Of a DNA stretch of 64,000 nucleotides, positions 9,253 to 18,823 are shown piece after piece. Every line of letters starts with the position of its first letter. Position 1 is the stretch's first letter. The position numbers and the translations under genes were made by a program. The DNA lies in contig JBPOGF010000016.1 in NCBI GenBank assembly GCA_051251915.1, positions 42,266 through 106,265 on the forward strand, in the 5' to 3' direction. The notes under the pieces are model-generated. The model had not been told where the DNA came from. It did not search any database and was given only the letters and a program-made list of their open reading frames with translations. This DNA is from Akkermansiaceae bacterium (GTDB taxonomy: Bacteria > Verrucomicrobiota > Verrucomicrobiia > Verrucomicrobiales > Akkermansiaceae).

Positions 9253-9651
9253 TTATTCAGGAGCTTTTACGAAGTCCTCGATGACGGTGGCTAGTTCGAA
9301 GTCGATGATGTTGAACTCTCCCATGACTTCATTGTAGGTGATGTTTCGGGGTTCTGGGTCATCGTGGATGACGCCGTAGTCTGCTTCGAGTTTGGCGTAG
9401 AGTTTATTAGATTTTTTCTTGGTAAGTCTTGGTGCTGGGCTTCCGCAGTTGGTGGTGACGATGTAGTTTTCTTCTGGTGTGAAGCTGAGTAGGCGTGGGA
9501 CATTAGGGCAACCTCGTTCTTCTAATACTTGGAGAACGTGGGCTTCGTTTGCTGCGCGCTTGTCCGAATCGGTGCCTCGGAAGTATTTGTGTACGTGTCC
9601 GTTGAAGTCGATTTTTACTAGTGACCTGAGTCCGTCTTTGAGATTTCGCAT
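9253..9651 (-). CDS. Minimal protein-kinase-like fold protein (132 aa)
   Basis: Beta3 Lys (VHKYF), alphaC Glu (NEAHVL), catalytic loop IHDDPEPRN (HxDxxxxN), IIDFELA. Confidence 0.7.
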   Translation of the reverse strand: MRNLKDGLRSLVKIDFNGHVHKYFRGTDSDKRAANEAHVLQVLEERGCPNVPRLLSFTPEENYIVTTNCGSPAPRLTKKKSNKLYAKLEADYGVIHDDPEPRNITYNEVMGEFNIIDFELATVIEDFVKAPE

Positions 9652-9766
9652 AGAGGTATATAGATCATAATGACGGGGTTTGGCACGTATAAAAGTTATT
9701 TGTTATTAGTTATTTGTTATTGGGGATTTTTCTTTTATTGGGATTCTAGGTGTGGCTAACTGTGGC

Positions 9767-11218
9767 ATGATGAAATACAGCTTCCTAAAACTAACTTCCT
9801 TGTTCGTCGCCTCAGCGGCTTCTGTGTTTGCTGATGAGGTAGCTCCGAAAACTAAGCCGAATGTGATTGTGATTTTTGCGGATGATCTGGGGTATGGTGA
9901 TGTGGGGTGCTTTGGTGCTATTAAGGTTCAGACTCCGAATATTGATAAGTTGGCAGCTGAGGGGAAGCGGTTTACTGATGCGCATGCTGCGGCTACGGTT
10001 TGTTCTCCGTCGCGTTATGGGTTGTTGACGGGGCGTTCTCCGTGGAGGTTGAATAAGCAAGGGAATGGATATAGGTTAGAGGATGAACGCATGACGCTTG
10101 CGGAGCTTTTTAAGTCTGAGGGGTATGTTTCTGCGGCTATCGGGAAATGGCATCTAGGGTATGGTAAGGACTGGAATAATCCGCCGATTAAGGGGCCGTT
10201 GAATCATGGGTTTGATTATCATTTTGGGGTGCCGCAGAATCATAATGATGGGACGCGTTGTTATATGGAGAATGATGATATTTATGGGCGGAAAGAGGGC
10301 GAGGATTTTAAGATGGTGAAGGGGAAGGCTTTTCCTGAAGGGATAGCTGAGTTTAGGGTGGATGATCAGGTGGATACGATGCTGACTTCGAAGGCGGTTG
10401 AATTTATTAAACGTAGTGCTGAGCGCCCGTTTTTCTTGTATTTTAATCCGGTGGCTACGCACACGCATATTACTCCTGCTGCGCAGTTTAGGGGGACGAG
10501 TCAGGCTGGGTTGTTAGGTGATTATGTGCATGAGTTGGATTTTCATGTTGGGGAGATTATGGGGGCTCTGGATGAGTTGAAGATAGCTGATAAGACGTTG
10601 GTGATTTTCACTAGTGATAATGGTGGAACTTATAAGGATTTTAGGGGGACTGATGGGGTGGTGCTGAATTTGGCGAGTGAGGAGGGTGGTGTGTTAGAGG
10701 GATTTAAGACAGCTAAGGCAGATGCTCTGAAGTTGGGGCATTTGTGCAATGGGGTGTATCGTGGTAGGAAGGGTTATCCTGAGGAGGGCGGGCATAGGGT
10801 GGCGTTTATAGCGCGCTGGCCAGGGAAGATTCCTGCTGGGACGACTTCTGATTATACGTTTATGCATACGGATATGATGTCTACTGTTGCTGAGATGCTT
10901 GGGGTGAAGTTGCCTGATGATGCGGGGGAGGATTCTGTTAGTATTTTACCGAGGCTGTTAGAGAAGCAAGATGCACCACGGATGGAGCGGACGATCTATG
11001 TGCAGGGGGATACTAAGAATGATGCGATTGCTATCTGCACGGGGCGTTGGAAAATGATCTCGGGGAAGGGTGATGATAAGGTGCCTGCAGTTCAGCTGTA
11101 TGATCTGCATGCTGATCCGGCTGAGACTAAGAATCTGGCTAAGGAGAATCCTGAGTTAGTTGAGCAGATGTTAGATGGATTGAATAAAGCGAGGGTGGCT
11201 GGGCGGACTCGGTTGTAG
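9767..11218 (+). CDS. Secreted arylsulfatase (FGly-dependent S1 sulfatase)
   Basis: PNVIVIFADDLGYGD, CSPSR, GKWHLG and TSDNG motifs; signal peptide. Confidence 0.93.
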   Translation: MMKYSFLKLTSLFVASAASVFADEVAPKTKPNVIVIFADDLGYGDVGCFGAIKVQTPNIDKLAAEGKRFTDAHAAATVCSPSRYGLLTGRSPWRLNKQGNGYRLEDERMTLAELFKSEGYVSAAIGKWHLGYGKDWNNPPIKGPLNHGFDYHFGVPQNHNDGTRCYMENDDIYGRKEGEDFKMVKGKAFPEGIAEFRVDDQVDTMLTSKAVEFIKRSAERPFFLYFNPVATHTHITPAAQFRGTSQAGLLGDYVHELDFHVGEIMGALDELKIADKTLVIFTSDNGGTYKDFRGTDGVVLNLASEEGGVLEGFKTAKADALKLGHLCNGVYRGRKGYPEEGGHRVAFIARWPGKIPAGTTSDYTFMHTDMMSTVAEMLGVKLPDDAGEDSVSILPRLLEKQDAPRMERTIYVQGDTKNDAIAICTGRWKMISGKGDDKVPAVQLYDLHADPAETKNLAKENPELVEQMLDGLNKARVAGRTRL

Positions 11219-11308
11219 GTTTGAATGCATGCCAAGAGGACTAGTCTTTGGGTGAAAATTTCACATCTTGTGGCTTTTCATCCGAGAGGGTTTGGTTATG
11301 TATAGGGT

Positions 11309-13765
11309 ATGCAGATTGAAAAGTCAGATTACGAGAAATTAGGACAGTTTTATCTAGGACGCGAGTATGATCTCCGGAAGTCTGAGATCCAGGATGAACT
11401 GGTGATGTATGACTCTAAGGATCTGGTGACACATGGTGTGGTGCTGGGGATGACTGGGTCTGGAAAGACGGGTCTGTGTATTGGTCTGCTGGAGGAGGCG
11501 GTGATGGATAATATCCCTGCTATTGTGATTGATCCGAAGGGTGATATTGCGAATATGATGTTGGCGTTTCCTGATTTTAAGGCGGGAGATTTTAGGCCGT
11601 GGATTAATGAGGATGATGCGCGCAAGAAGGGGAGAACTCCGGATGAGCATGCGGAGAAGACGGCTAGGATGTGGGAGGATGGGATAGGCCAGTGGGGGCA
11701 GAGTGCGGATAGGGTGAGAGAATTTAGAGATAAGGTGGATGTGAATGTGTTTACTCCTGGGAGTAAGGCAGGGATTCCTGTTAGTATTTTGGGGTCGCTG
11801 GATGTGCCGCCATTTGAGGTTTTGGATGATGGTGAGATGTTAGGGGAGCGGATTGAGAGCACGGTGAGTTCTTTGTTGTCGCTGGTGGGTGTGGATGCTG
11901 ATCCGATTCAGAGTCCTGAGGCTGTGTTGCTGAGTTCTATTTTCCAGCATGCTTGGATGGGGGATGAGAGTTTGAGTATTGAGGCGCTGATTCGTAATAT
12001 TCAGAAGCCGAAGTTTAGCAAGGTGGGGATCATTGATTTAGAGAGTTTTTATCCTGGGAAGAAGCGTCAGGAGTTGGCGTTAAAATTTAACAATTTGTTA
12101 GCGAGTCCGGGATTTTCTACTTGGATGGAGGGGCCGTCGCTGGATATTCAGAAGATGTTGTATCATGAGGATGGTAGAGCGAGGGTTTCCATTTTCTCAA
12201 TCTCGCATTTGAATGATAGTGAGAGGATGTTCTTTGTGAGCATTTTGCTGAATCAAATGTTAGGCTGGATGCGGACGCAGAGTGGAACGACGAGTTTGCG
12301 TGCAATGCTTTATATGGATGAGATTTATGGATTTCTACCGCCTACGGCGAACCCACCTAGTAAGAAGCCGATGTTGACGATGCTGAAGCAGGGACGGGCG
12401 TTTGGTCTTGGGGTGTTGTTGGCGACGCAGAATCCGGTGGATCTGGATTACAAGGCGCTATCCAACATTGGGACATGGTGGCTGGGGAGGCTGCAGACTG
12501 AGCGTGATAAGGCGCGTGTGCTGGATGGTCTGGAGGGGGCTGCGGCGAGTCAAGAAGGTGGATTTGATAGGGGGGCGATGGAGGAGCTGTTGGCAGGTCT
12601 GGGGAGTAGGGTTTTCTTGATGAATAATGTGCATGAGTCTGCGCCAGTGGTGTTTCATGTGAGGTGGGTGATGAGTTATTTACGTGGGCCGATGACGCGA
12701 AGGCAGATCAAGACCTTGATGGATCCGAAGCGTGATGCATTTGAGGTAGGTGGGAGTGTGGTGGCTGAGACTGGTGGGGGAGGGAAGTCTAACCCGATGG
12801 GGATGCCATCTGCTGGGCGTGAGGCTGAGAAAAAAGTGAGTGAAAGGCCTGCGGTGGGGACTGGGGTGAGGGAGAGTTTTTTACCTTTCTCCGGTGATGA
12901 GGATGGGGTGACTTATAAGCCGCATTTGTTACGTGAGGCGAAGGTTCATTTCAGCTCGACGAAGACTGGGGTGGAAGGTTCAAGGAGGGTGAGGTTTATC
13001 AATGCGATGAGTGCTGCGGGGGTGAACTGGAAGGAGAATGTGGTGTGTCATTTGGTGCTGGATAAGTTTGAACATGAGCCTCGGAAAGGTGCGGGTTACG
13101 ATGAGTTGCCTGCATTTGCGATGAATAAAGATAATTATAAGGGGGTGGAAGATGACTTTGAAGACTGGATTTATAGGAATGAGCGGGTGGATGTTTTTTA
13201 TGCTCCGTTGGTGAAAGAGTATTCTAAAATGGGGGAGAGTGAGGGTGACTTTAGAGGGAGATTATCACATGAAGCGCGGGAGATGCGCGATGAGGCTGTG
13301 GAGGCACTGCGTGAGAAGTTGACTAAGAAAATAGATACTAAGGAAGGGCAGTTAGACCGTGCATTGTCTACTCTGGATAGGGAGGAGTCTGAGGCGGCGA
13401 ATGCGAAGATGCAGGCTACTGGGAGTGTGGTGGGTGCTGTGATAGGGATGATTTTCGGTAAGCGTAAGATGAGTGCTTCGACGATTAGTAAGGGGAGGAC
13501 GGCTGCAAATTCTTATGGTCGGTCCCGTAAGCAGAGTCAGGATGTGCGCCGAGCAGAGGCTAAGGTGGATGGTATACGCGATGAGATAGAGGATTTAGAG
13601 GCTGATATGCGTGAGGATCTGGATGAGCTGGCTAATCGATTTGATCCTATGTCACTGGAGTTAGAGACGGTGCAGGTGAAGCCTTATAAGAAGGATATTG
13701 ATGTGCAGAGTGTTTCGCTGCTGTGGGTGCCATTTGATGAGCGGGATAATGTTCTGTTAGATTAG
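11309..13765 (+). CDS. HerA/FtsK-superfamily ATPase (DUF87/DUF853-like) with C-terminal coiled coil
   Basis: Walker A GMTGSGKT, IDPKGD, Walker B LYMDE, LATQNP; acidic coiled-coil tail. Confidence 0.8.
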   Translation: MQIEKSDYEKLGQFYLGREYDLRKSEIQDELVMYDSKDLVTHGVVLGMTGSGKTGLCIGLLEEAVMDNIPAIVIDPKGDIANMMLAFPDFKAGDFRPWINEDDARKKGRTPDEHAEKTARMWEDGIGQWGQSADRVREFRDKVDVNVFTPGSKAGIPVSILGSLDVPPFEVLDDGEMLGERIESTVSSLLSLVGVDADPIQSPEAVLLSSIFQHAWMGDESLSIEALIRNIQKPKFSKVGIIDLESFYPGKKRQELALKFNNLLASPGFSTWMEGPSLDIQKMLYHEDGRARVSIFSISHLNDSERMFFVSILLNQMLGWMRTQSGTTSLRAMLYMDEIYGFLPPTANPPSKKPMLTMLKQGRAFGLGVLLATQNPVDLDYKALSNIGTWWLGRLQTERDKARVLDGLEGAAASQEGGFDRGAMEELLAGLGSRVFLMNNVHESAPVVFHVRWVMSYLRGPMTRRQIKTLMDPKRDAFEVGGSVVAETGGGGKSNPMGMPSAGREAEKKVSERPAVGTGVRESFLPFSGDEDGVTYKPHLLREAKVHFSSTKTGVEGSRRVRFINAMSAAGVNWKENVVCHLVLDKFEHEPRKGAGYDELPAFAMNKDNYKGVEDDFEDWIYRNERVDVFYAPLVKEYSKMGESEGDFRGRLSHEAREMRDEAVEALREKLTKKIDTKEGQLDRALSTLDREESEAANAKMQATGSVVGAVIGMIFGKRKMSASTISKGRTAANSYGRSRKQSQDVRRAEAKVDGIRDEIEDLEADMREDLDELANRFDPMSLELETVQVKPYKKDIDVQSVSLLWVPFDERDNVLLD

Positions 13766-13771
13766 GGAGAT

Positions 13772-13954
13772 ATGTTAGAGAATCTGACAGATATTCAGTG
13801 TCCTAGTTGCTTTGAGTGGTTTTCGTTCACTTTGCAACAAGATGATTTGGTAGTAGGGTCCGTGGAAATGGATTATGACTGCGAGGTCTGTTGCAGGCCT
13901 ATGCGGGTGATCGTTTCTGCTAATGAAGCTTATGCCATCGGGATGGATGACTGA
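13772..13954 (+). CDS. CPXCG-motif cysteine-rich small protein
   Basis: CPSCFE ... YDCEVCCRP; starts 6 bp after the ATPase stop, GGAG upstream. Confidence 0.8.
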   Translation: MLENLTDIQCPSCFEWFSFTLQQDDLVVGSVEMDYDCEVCCRPMRVIVSANEAYAIGMDD

Positions 13955-13959
13955 GGGCA

Positions 13960-16900
13960 CTATTGGATGGGTTTGGCGCGGGGGACGGCTTGGGCTTTTC
14001 CGGGTTTGAATAGTGGGACGTTAAAGTCGCGTGGGGGGTCGAAGGGGACGAGTTTCCAGGATGGGTTTTTGTAGTGGCCTCTGCCGCGGACTTGGATGAG
14101 GCCGGTTTCGGCGGGTTTTTTATTGAGGAAGACGGCTCTGAGCATGTGGATGGGGAGCTTGATGATTTCAGCGCCGAGCTCCATTGCTTTTCCTAGGAGT
14201 CCGCGGTAGTTGACGCGGATGGTGATGTCGATGTTGTCTGTGTTGAGGTTGACTGAACCTTCGCCGAAGAAGGTGAGGCTGGGGGTGAGGGACTGGATGT
14301 CATCAGTGATGATGACGCCGTTGACGACTTTGAATCTGGCAGAGATGTCTTTAAGTCGTTCGTTGAGTGCTTGTCCACCTGCGATGGGTGAGATGAATGG
14401 ATTGATAATGATGCTGACTGGGCCAAGGACTGGGACTGAGACTAGGTCGCCATTTTCTAGAGCGAAGGTTCCCATGGTGCCTTTTTTGGTATTGAATGAA
14501 GCGATGTCATCAGACTTGCCTTGGAACTGGATATTTCCGCGTAGGCGGCCGCGCTGGACTTCATCGAAGTTGTAGGTGATGCCTAGCTGTCTGAAGCTAA
14601 TGTTTTGCCAATTCAGGTCACCATGGTAGGTGACTGGGCCGCTGTTAGGGATGGTGAAGTAGAGGTTACCTTGGGCGAGTCCGTTGTCGAAGAGTTGGGA
14701 TCTTAGCTTTCTGACTTTGACTTCATTTTTCACTATTTGGATATTAGCGGAGAAGTTGCTGAGTAATAAATTTCCATCGAGGAACATGTATCTGGTGTTA
14801 GATCCGGGGCAGGAGAGGTTGCAGGTGAAGTTGATTTTTTGATCCTTGAGAGAGCGGGGGACGGTGTCGAAAACGCCAGAGGCGGAGAGGGTGGGAGGAT
14901 TGTAGAACTGGTATTCTTCGAGGTGATCTGCAACGTCTGAGTGGAATAATCTAGCGATGGGTGCTGGGTGTGCGCGTCCTTTTACTCCGTCTAGAGTGGC
15001 TGTTTTTTTAGCATTATCGATGTAGGTTTTTTCAATGGTGGCTTCTCCTTTGGCGGAGCCTTTGAAAAGCTTGTAGAGTTCGTAGTTGCTGTAGTCGAAA
15101 ACTAGGCGGCTGTCGGTAGCGAGTAAGCCATCATGGTTGATCTTGTAGTTAGATTTGATGGAGTGTAGGGGGACGCCGTTAAATTTGAGTTCGGTGAATG
15201 TGGCTTCTCCTTCTGATTCCCAGTCTGTTTTGTCTGTGCGACTGAGCTTTCCCTTAGTTGAGATGTAGCTGTTAGATTGGTTGTCGATGTCTGCCTTTGA
15301 CAAGAATTCGACGAGTTTGTCGTTCTTGATGAATGGCATGAGTAGGTAAGGATTTAGCGTGGAGATGAGGTCGAAGTTGTAGTAGTCATCAGTAGTGTAG
15401 AAGTTGCCAACGAGTTTTCCGGAGGGGTGCTCGGCGTTGATTTCAGTGATCTTGATTTGCTTGTTTTGGAAGTTGACTGTGGCTTTTAGTGAATCCAATG
15501 TGGAGCCTTTGACTTGTGGTTTGGTGAAGTTTACTTTGGCATTAAGAGCTTCATCTTTCCAATGAAATGAGGAGTCTAGTTGCTGGAGTGACATGTCCTT
15601 GAAGGTGGTATCTTGGAGGGTGACGCTGCCGCTGAGGGTGCCATCTAGCCAACGGAATTTGGTGAGTAAGGACTCGGTGTAGAGATCGTTGTAGGTGACT
15701 TTGGTAATGTGGAGTTCGCCATCCGAGACCCAGTCTGTGAGGTCGTTGGCGTTGATGTTACCTTTTGATTTGCAGAAGACTTTGGAGTCGGGGTGGAGTT
15801 TTATCTGATTGAGAGCAGCTTCTACTTTTCCGCCTGGTTTGATGAATGGTAAGAATGCACGTTTTGGGAGTGTGCTTTCAGTGTCGTAGGTGACGATGTT
15901 GTTTTTGATGAGGAGTCTGCCTCGGAGGTAGCCGTCTGGGCTTTTCATGATGAGGCGGTCTAGATAGACGTCACCATTTTCCCATGAGAAGTCAGAGCTA
16001 AAGGAGTCAAACTTAGACCCTAGATACTCGTATGATTTAAGCTGCGCCTTGCCGATGGCTTTGATCTCTAGCTCGCTGAATGGGTTGATGAATGATGGTA
16101 GGACGGATGAGAGGGACATGTCGTCTTCCTTGGTAGGTAGCTTGAAGTAGCCTTTTGCGTTGATGTCTGATCCGCCTGTGATGTTGAAGCCTTTGAAGAG
16201 CTCGCGGTTAAAGAAGGTGAGGACGAATTTCTGGATATGGATGTTGCTATCAATGTGAAACCTGCCGTCTCTGATGGTGAAGTCATAGTCCATCTCAACG
16301 TAGGCTTCGTTGTCTTCATTTTTAAAGGAGAGGCTATCGACAGTGATGAGGTTGTGGTTGAAATCTCCGATTGTTTGGACCTTGCTCAGGGTGTATCCAT
16401 TGTAATCTAGCTCGGGGGCGAGGAGGTCAAATTCGATCTTGATTTTTTCTGGTGAGTTGATGTCTCCTTCTACAAATAAGCTTAGGTCTGGTGGGGTAGA
16501 TGAATCCCAGGTCCAGTTATCTAGGTAGTCGATAAACTTGAGGTATGACTCGGCACGTTTTGCAGCCATTTCTGGGTGAGTTGGTGAAGTTGGGAGATCT
16601 AGCTCTTGCCAGAGGTTTCCGGCGAGGGTGATGTTGATTCCCATGTATTGGGCGGTGAGGCGGTTGGTGGAGATTGAGCCGGCTTCGGGGAATTCTATGT
16701 TGCCGTTGATGTTACTAATTTTTATTCTGGCGGTGGCGGGATCTAGTGGGTTGATGGGGATTTCAATATCAGCTTCTTTGAGCGAGAGGCTATTTATCTT
16801 ACGGATGCCTCTTAAGAGCTTGGTTTTATCAAGGTTGATACAGACTTCTGGGAGTGAGGCTAGCTTGGTCAGTCGTTCAGAGTCGCCGTAGAAGTGGACA

Positions 16901-17118
16901 TTGGTGGCGACTAATCCATCGGTCATTTTGTATTTGAGGCTATCAAATTCTACGAAGATCCCGCGTCTCTCAAGTTCGGTGGAGATATGGTCACGGATGT
17001 CTTGGTTTAGGCCCGTGCTGTTGAGATAAAACAAGCCGCCAGCCGCTGTGATCATGCCAAGGACAAATAAGATTGTCAGCGTGATGCGGAGTCTAATGAT
17101 AATGCGGCGGATGAGCAT
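13960..17118 (-). CDS. AsmA-like/YhdP-type envelope protein
   Basis: Single N-terminal TM helix, long beta-rich body, AsmA-like C-terminal region (G.G.VNL..DNID). Confidence 0.7.
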   Translation of the reverse strand: MLIRRIIIRLRITLTILFVLGMITAAGGLFYLNSTGLNQDIRDHISTELERRGIFVEFDSLKYKMTDGLVATNVHFYGDSERLTKLASLPEVCINLDKTKLLRGIRKINSLSLKEADIEIPINPLDPATARIKISNINGNIEFPEAGSISTNRLTAQYMGINITLAGNLWQELDLPTSPTHPEMAAKRAESYLKFIDYLDNWTWDSSTPPDLSLFVEGDINSPEKIKIEFDLLAPELDYNGYTLSKVQTIGDFNHNLITVDSLSFKNEDNEAYVEMDYDFTIRDGRFHIDSNIHIQKFVLTFFNRELFKGFNITGGSDINAKGYFKLPTKEDDMSLSSVLPSFINPFSELEIKAIGKAQLKSYEYLGSKFDSFSSDFSWENGDVYLDRLIMKSPDGYLRGRLLIKNNIVTYDTESTLPKRAFLPFIKPGGKVEAALNQIKLHPDSKVFCKSKGNINANDLTDWVSDGELHITKVTYNDLYTESLLTKFRWLDGTLSGSVTLQDTTFKDMSLQQLDSSFHWKDEALNAKVNFTKPQVKGSTLDSLKATVNFQNKQIKITEINAEHPSGKLVGNFYTTDDYYNFDLISTLNPYLLMPFIKNDKLVEFLSKADIDNQSNSYISTKGKLSRTDKTDWESEGEATFTELKFNGVPLHSIKSNYKINHDGLLATDSRLVFDYSNYELYKLFKGSAKGEATIEKTYIDNAKKTATLDGVKGRAHPAPIARLFHSDVADHLEEYQFYNPPTLSASGVFDTVPRSLKDQKINFTCNLSCPGSNTRYMFLDGNLLLSNFSANIQIVKNEVKVRKLRSQLFDNGLAQGNLYFTIPNSGPVTYHGDLNWQNISFRQLGITYNFDEVQRGRLRGNIQFQGKSDDIASFNTKKGTMGTFALENGDLVSVPVLGPVSIIINPFISPIAGGQALNERLKDISARFKVVNGVIITDDIQSLTPSLTFFGEGSVNLNTDNIDITIRVNYRGLLGKAMELGAEIIKLPIHMLRAVFLNKKPAETGLIQVRGRGHYKNPSWKLVPFDPPRDFNVPLFKPGKAQAVPRAKPIQ

Positions 17119-17218
17119 GAAACGGGTGAGTGATAGCGTTAGCTCAAGCTAACACTCCCAGCTTAGTTTGCAATCTATTACACCGCATTACAGCGTATTG
17201 CGCTGGGTTAGGGCGTTT

Positions 17219-18202
17219 TTAAGGCACTACGACGCGTTTTAGGATGCGCTGGATGATCTCGTCTGTGGTTACATTTTCCGCCTCGGCTTCATAGCTGAGT
17301 AGGATGCGGTGGCGGAAAACATCAGGAGCTAGGTCCTTGATGTCTTGTGGGGTTACGAAGGATCTGCCTGCCATGAAGGCATTGGCTTTCGAGGCTAGGG
17401 CTAAATTAATGGTGGCACGCGGTGATGCACCGGAGCGGATGAGAGGAGCTAGGCTAGGGTCTACTTTTCCTGGTCTGCGGGTGCAGTGGACTAGCTCGAC
17501 GATGTATTCTTTGATGGCTGAGTCGATGTAGATGTTGTTGACTATGTCTCGGCATTTTTTCACTTCATCGGCTGAAATGACTTTTTTGGTGCCTGGGATT
17601 TTGTCAGAGGTCGCCATGCGATCTAGGATCTTGAGCTCGTCTTGTTTGGATGGGTAGTCGACGTGGACTTTGAGGAGGAATCTGTCTAGTTGGGCCTCGG
17701 GGAGCTGGTAGGTTCCTTCTTGGTCGATGGGGTTTTGGGTGGCGAGGACTAGGAATGGGTCAGGAAGGGGGTAGGAGGTGTCGCCGATGGTTACTTGCTT
17801 TTCCTGCATGGCTTCTAGCAGGGCTGACTGGACTTTGGCGGGTGCGCGGTTGATTTCATCTGCTAGGATGAGGTTGCTGAAAATGGGGCCGAGTTTGGGG
17901 CTGAATGACATTTCCTGGGGATTGTAAATCATCGTACCGAGCAGGTCAGCGGGGAGGAGGTCTGGGGTGAACTGGATTCTTGAGAAGCCTGTGTCTAGAC
18001 AGCCGGCTAGGGAGTTGATGGCTAGAGTCTTGGCTAATCCTGGGACGCCTTCTAGGATAATGTGGCCGCTGCTGAGGAGGCCGATGATGAGGCGATCTAC
18101 GAGTTGGTCTTGCCCTACGAGAACGTTGGCCATTTCTGTTTTTAGCGATTTGGTCCAGGTGTGTTGATCCTGGACGAGTTGGGCAAATTCTTCGTGATTC
18201 AT
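17219..18202 (-). CDS. MoxR-family AAA+ ATPase
   Basis: GVPGLAKT, RIQFTPDLLPAD, LADEINRAPAKVQSALLEAM, ATQNP, AQLDRF. Confidence 0.95.
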   Translation of the reverse strand: MNHEEFAQLVQDQHTWTKSLKTEMANVLVGQDQLVDRLIIGLLSSGHIILEGVPGLAKTLAINSLAGCLDTGFSRIQFTPDLLPADLLGTMIYNPQEMSFSPKLGPIFSNLILADEINRAPAKVQSALLEAMQEKQVTIGDTSYPLPDPFLVLATQNPIDQEGTYQLPEAQLDRFLLKVHVDYPSKQDELKILDRMATSDKIPGTKKVISADEVKKCRDIVNNIYIDSAIKEYIVELVHCTRRPGKVDPSLAPLIRSGASPRATINLALASKANAFMAGRSFVTPQDIKDLAPDVFRHRILLSYEAEAENVTTDEIIQRILKRVVVP

Positions 18203-18257
18203 GTTGCTGAGTAGATGGTTGAGTGGGGGGAGATTTTAGATGGAGATTGAGGTCAGA

Positions 18258-18743
18258 TTATTTTCTGAGTTGTAGTTGCTCGAAGACAAATTGGGGGACG
18301 TATCTGCGGACGATGTCTTCCCAGCCATCTGGGCCGATGAGGCTTTTGATCATGCTTGAAGATACTTCGGCGATGTCTCGAGGGGGCATGAGGAATGAGG
18401 TGGTGATTTCTGGTGCCATGTCTGCGTTGATGTGGCGCATTACTCGCTCGTATTCGTAGTCGTTTGGTGAGCGTATGCCACGGAGGATGTAGTGGGCATC
18501 GACTTCATGGGCGTAATCTACGAGGTAGCGATTGTCGAACTGGGCGATGGTGAGGCGCTCGCATGAGGGAATGCTCTCACGTAGCATTTTAAGTCGCTCA
18601 GGTACACTGAATGTGTAGTCTTTAGCTGGGTTTGAGCCGATGGCTACGTAGAGGTGATCAAAGAGTTTTAGTCCTTGTTCAATCATCCAGACATGGCCGT
18701 TTGTAGGTGGGTCAAATGACCCTGCATAGACTGCGGTGCGCAT
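18258..18743 (-). CDS. coaD: Pantetheine-phosphate adenylyltransferase
   Basis: [26 protein letters not shown]. Confidence 0.93.
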   Translation of the reverse strand: MRTAVYAGSFDPPTNGHVWMIEQGLKLFDHLYVAIGSNPAKDYTFSVPERLKMLRESIPSCERLTIAQFDNRYLVDYAHEVDAHYILRGIRSPNDYEYERVMRHINADMAPEITTSFLMPPRDIAEVSSSMIKSLIGPDGWEDIVRRYVPQFVFEQLQLRK

Positions 18744-18823
18744 GAAGATATATTCTACAGATCTGGAGATTTGTCATCAGATTTCTTCTTAAACATTTTT
18801 TATGCGGGGGGAAGCGTGGTGGC

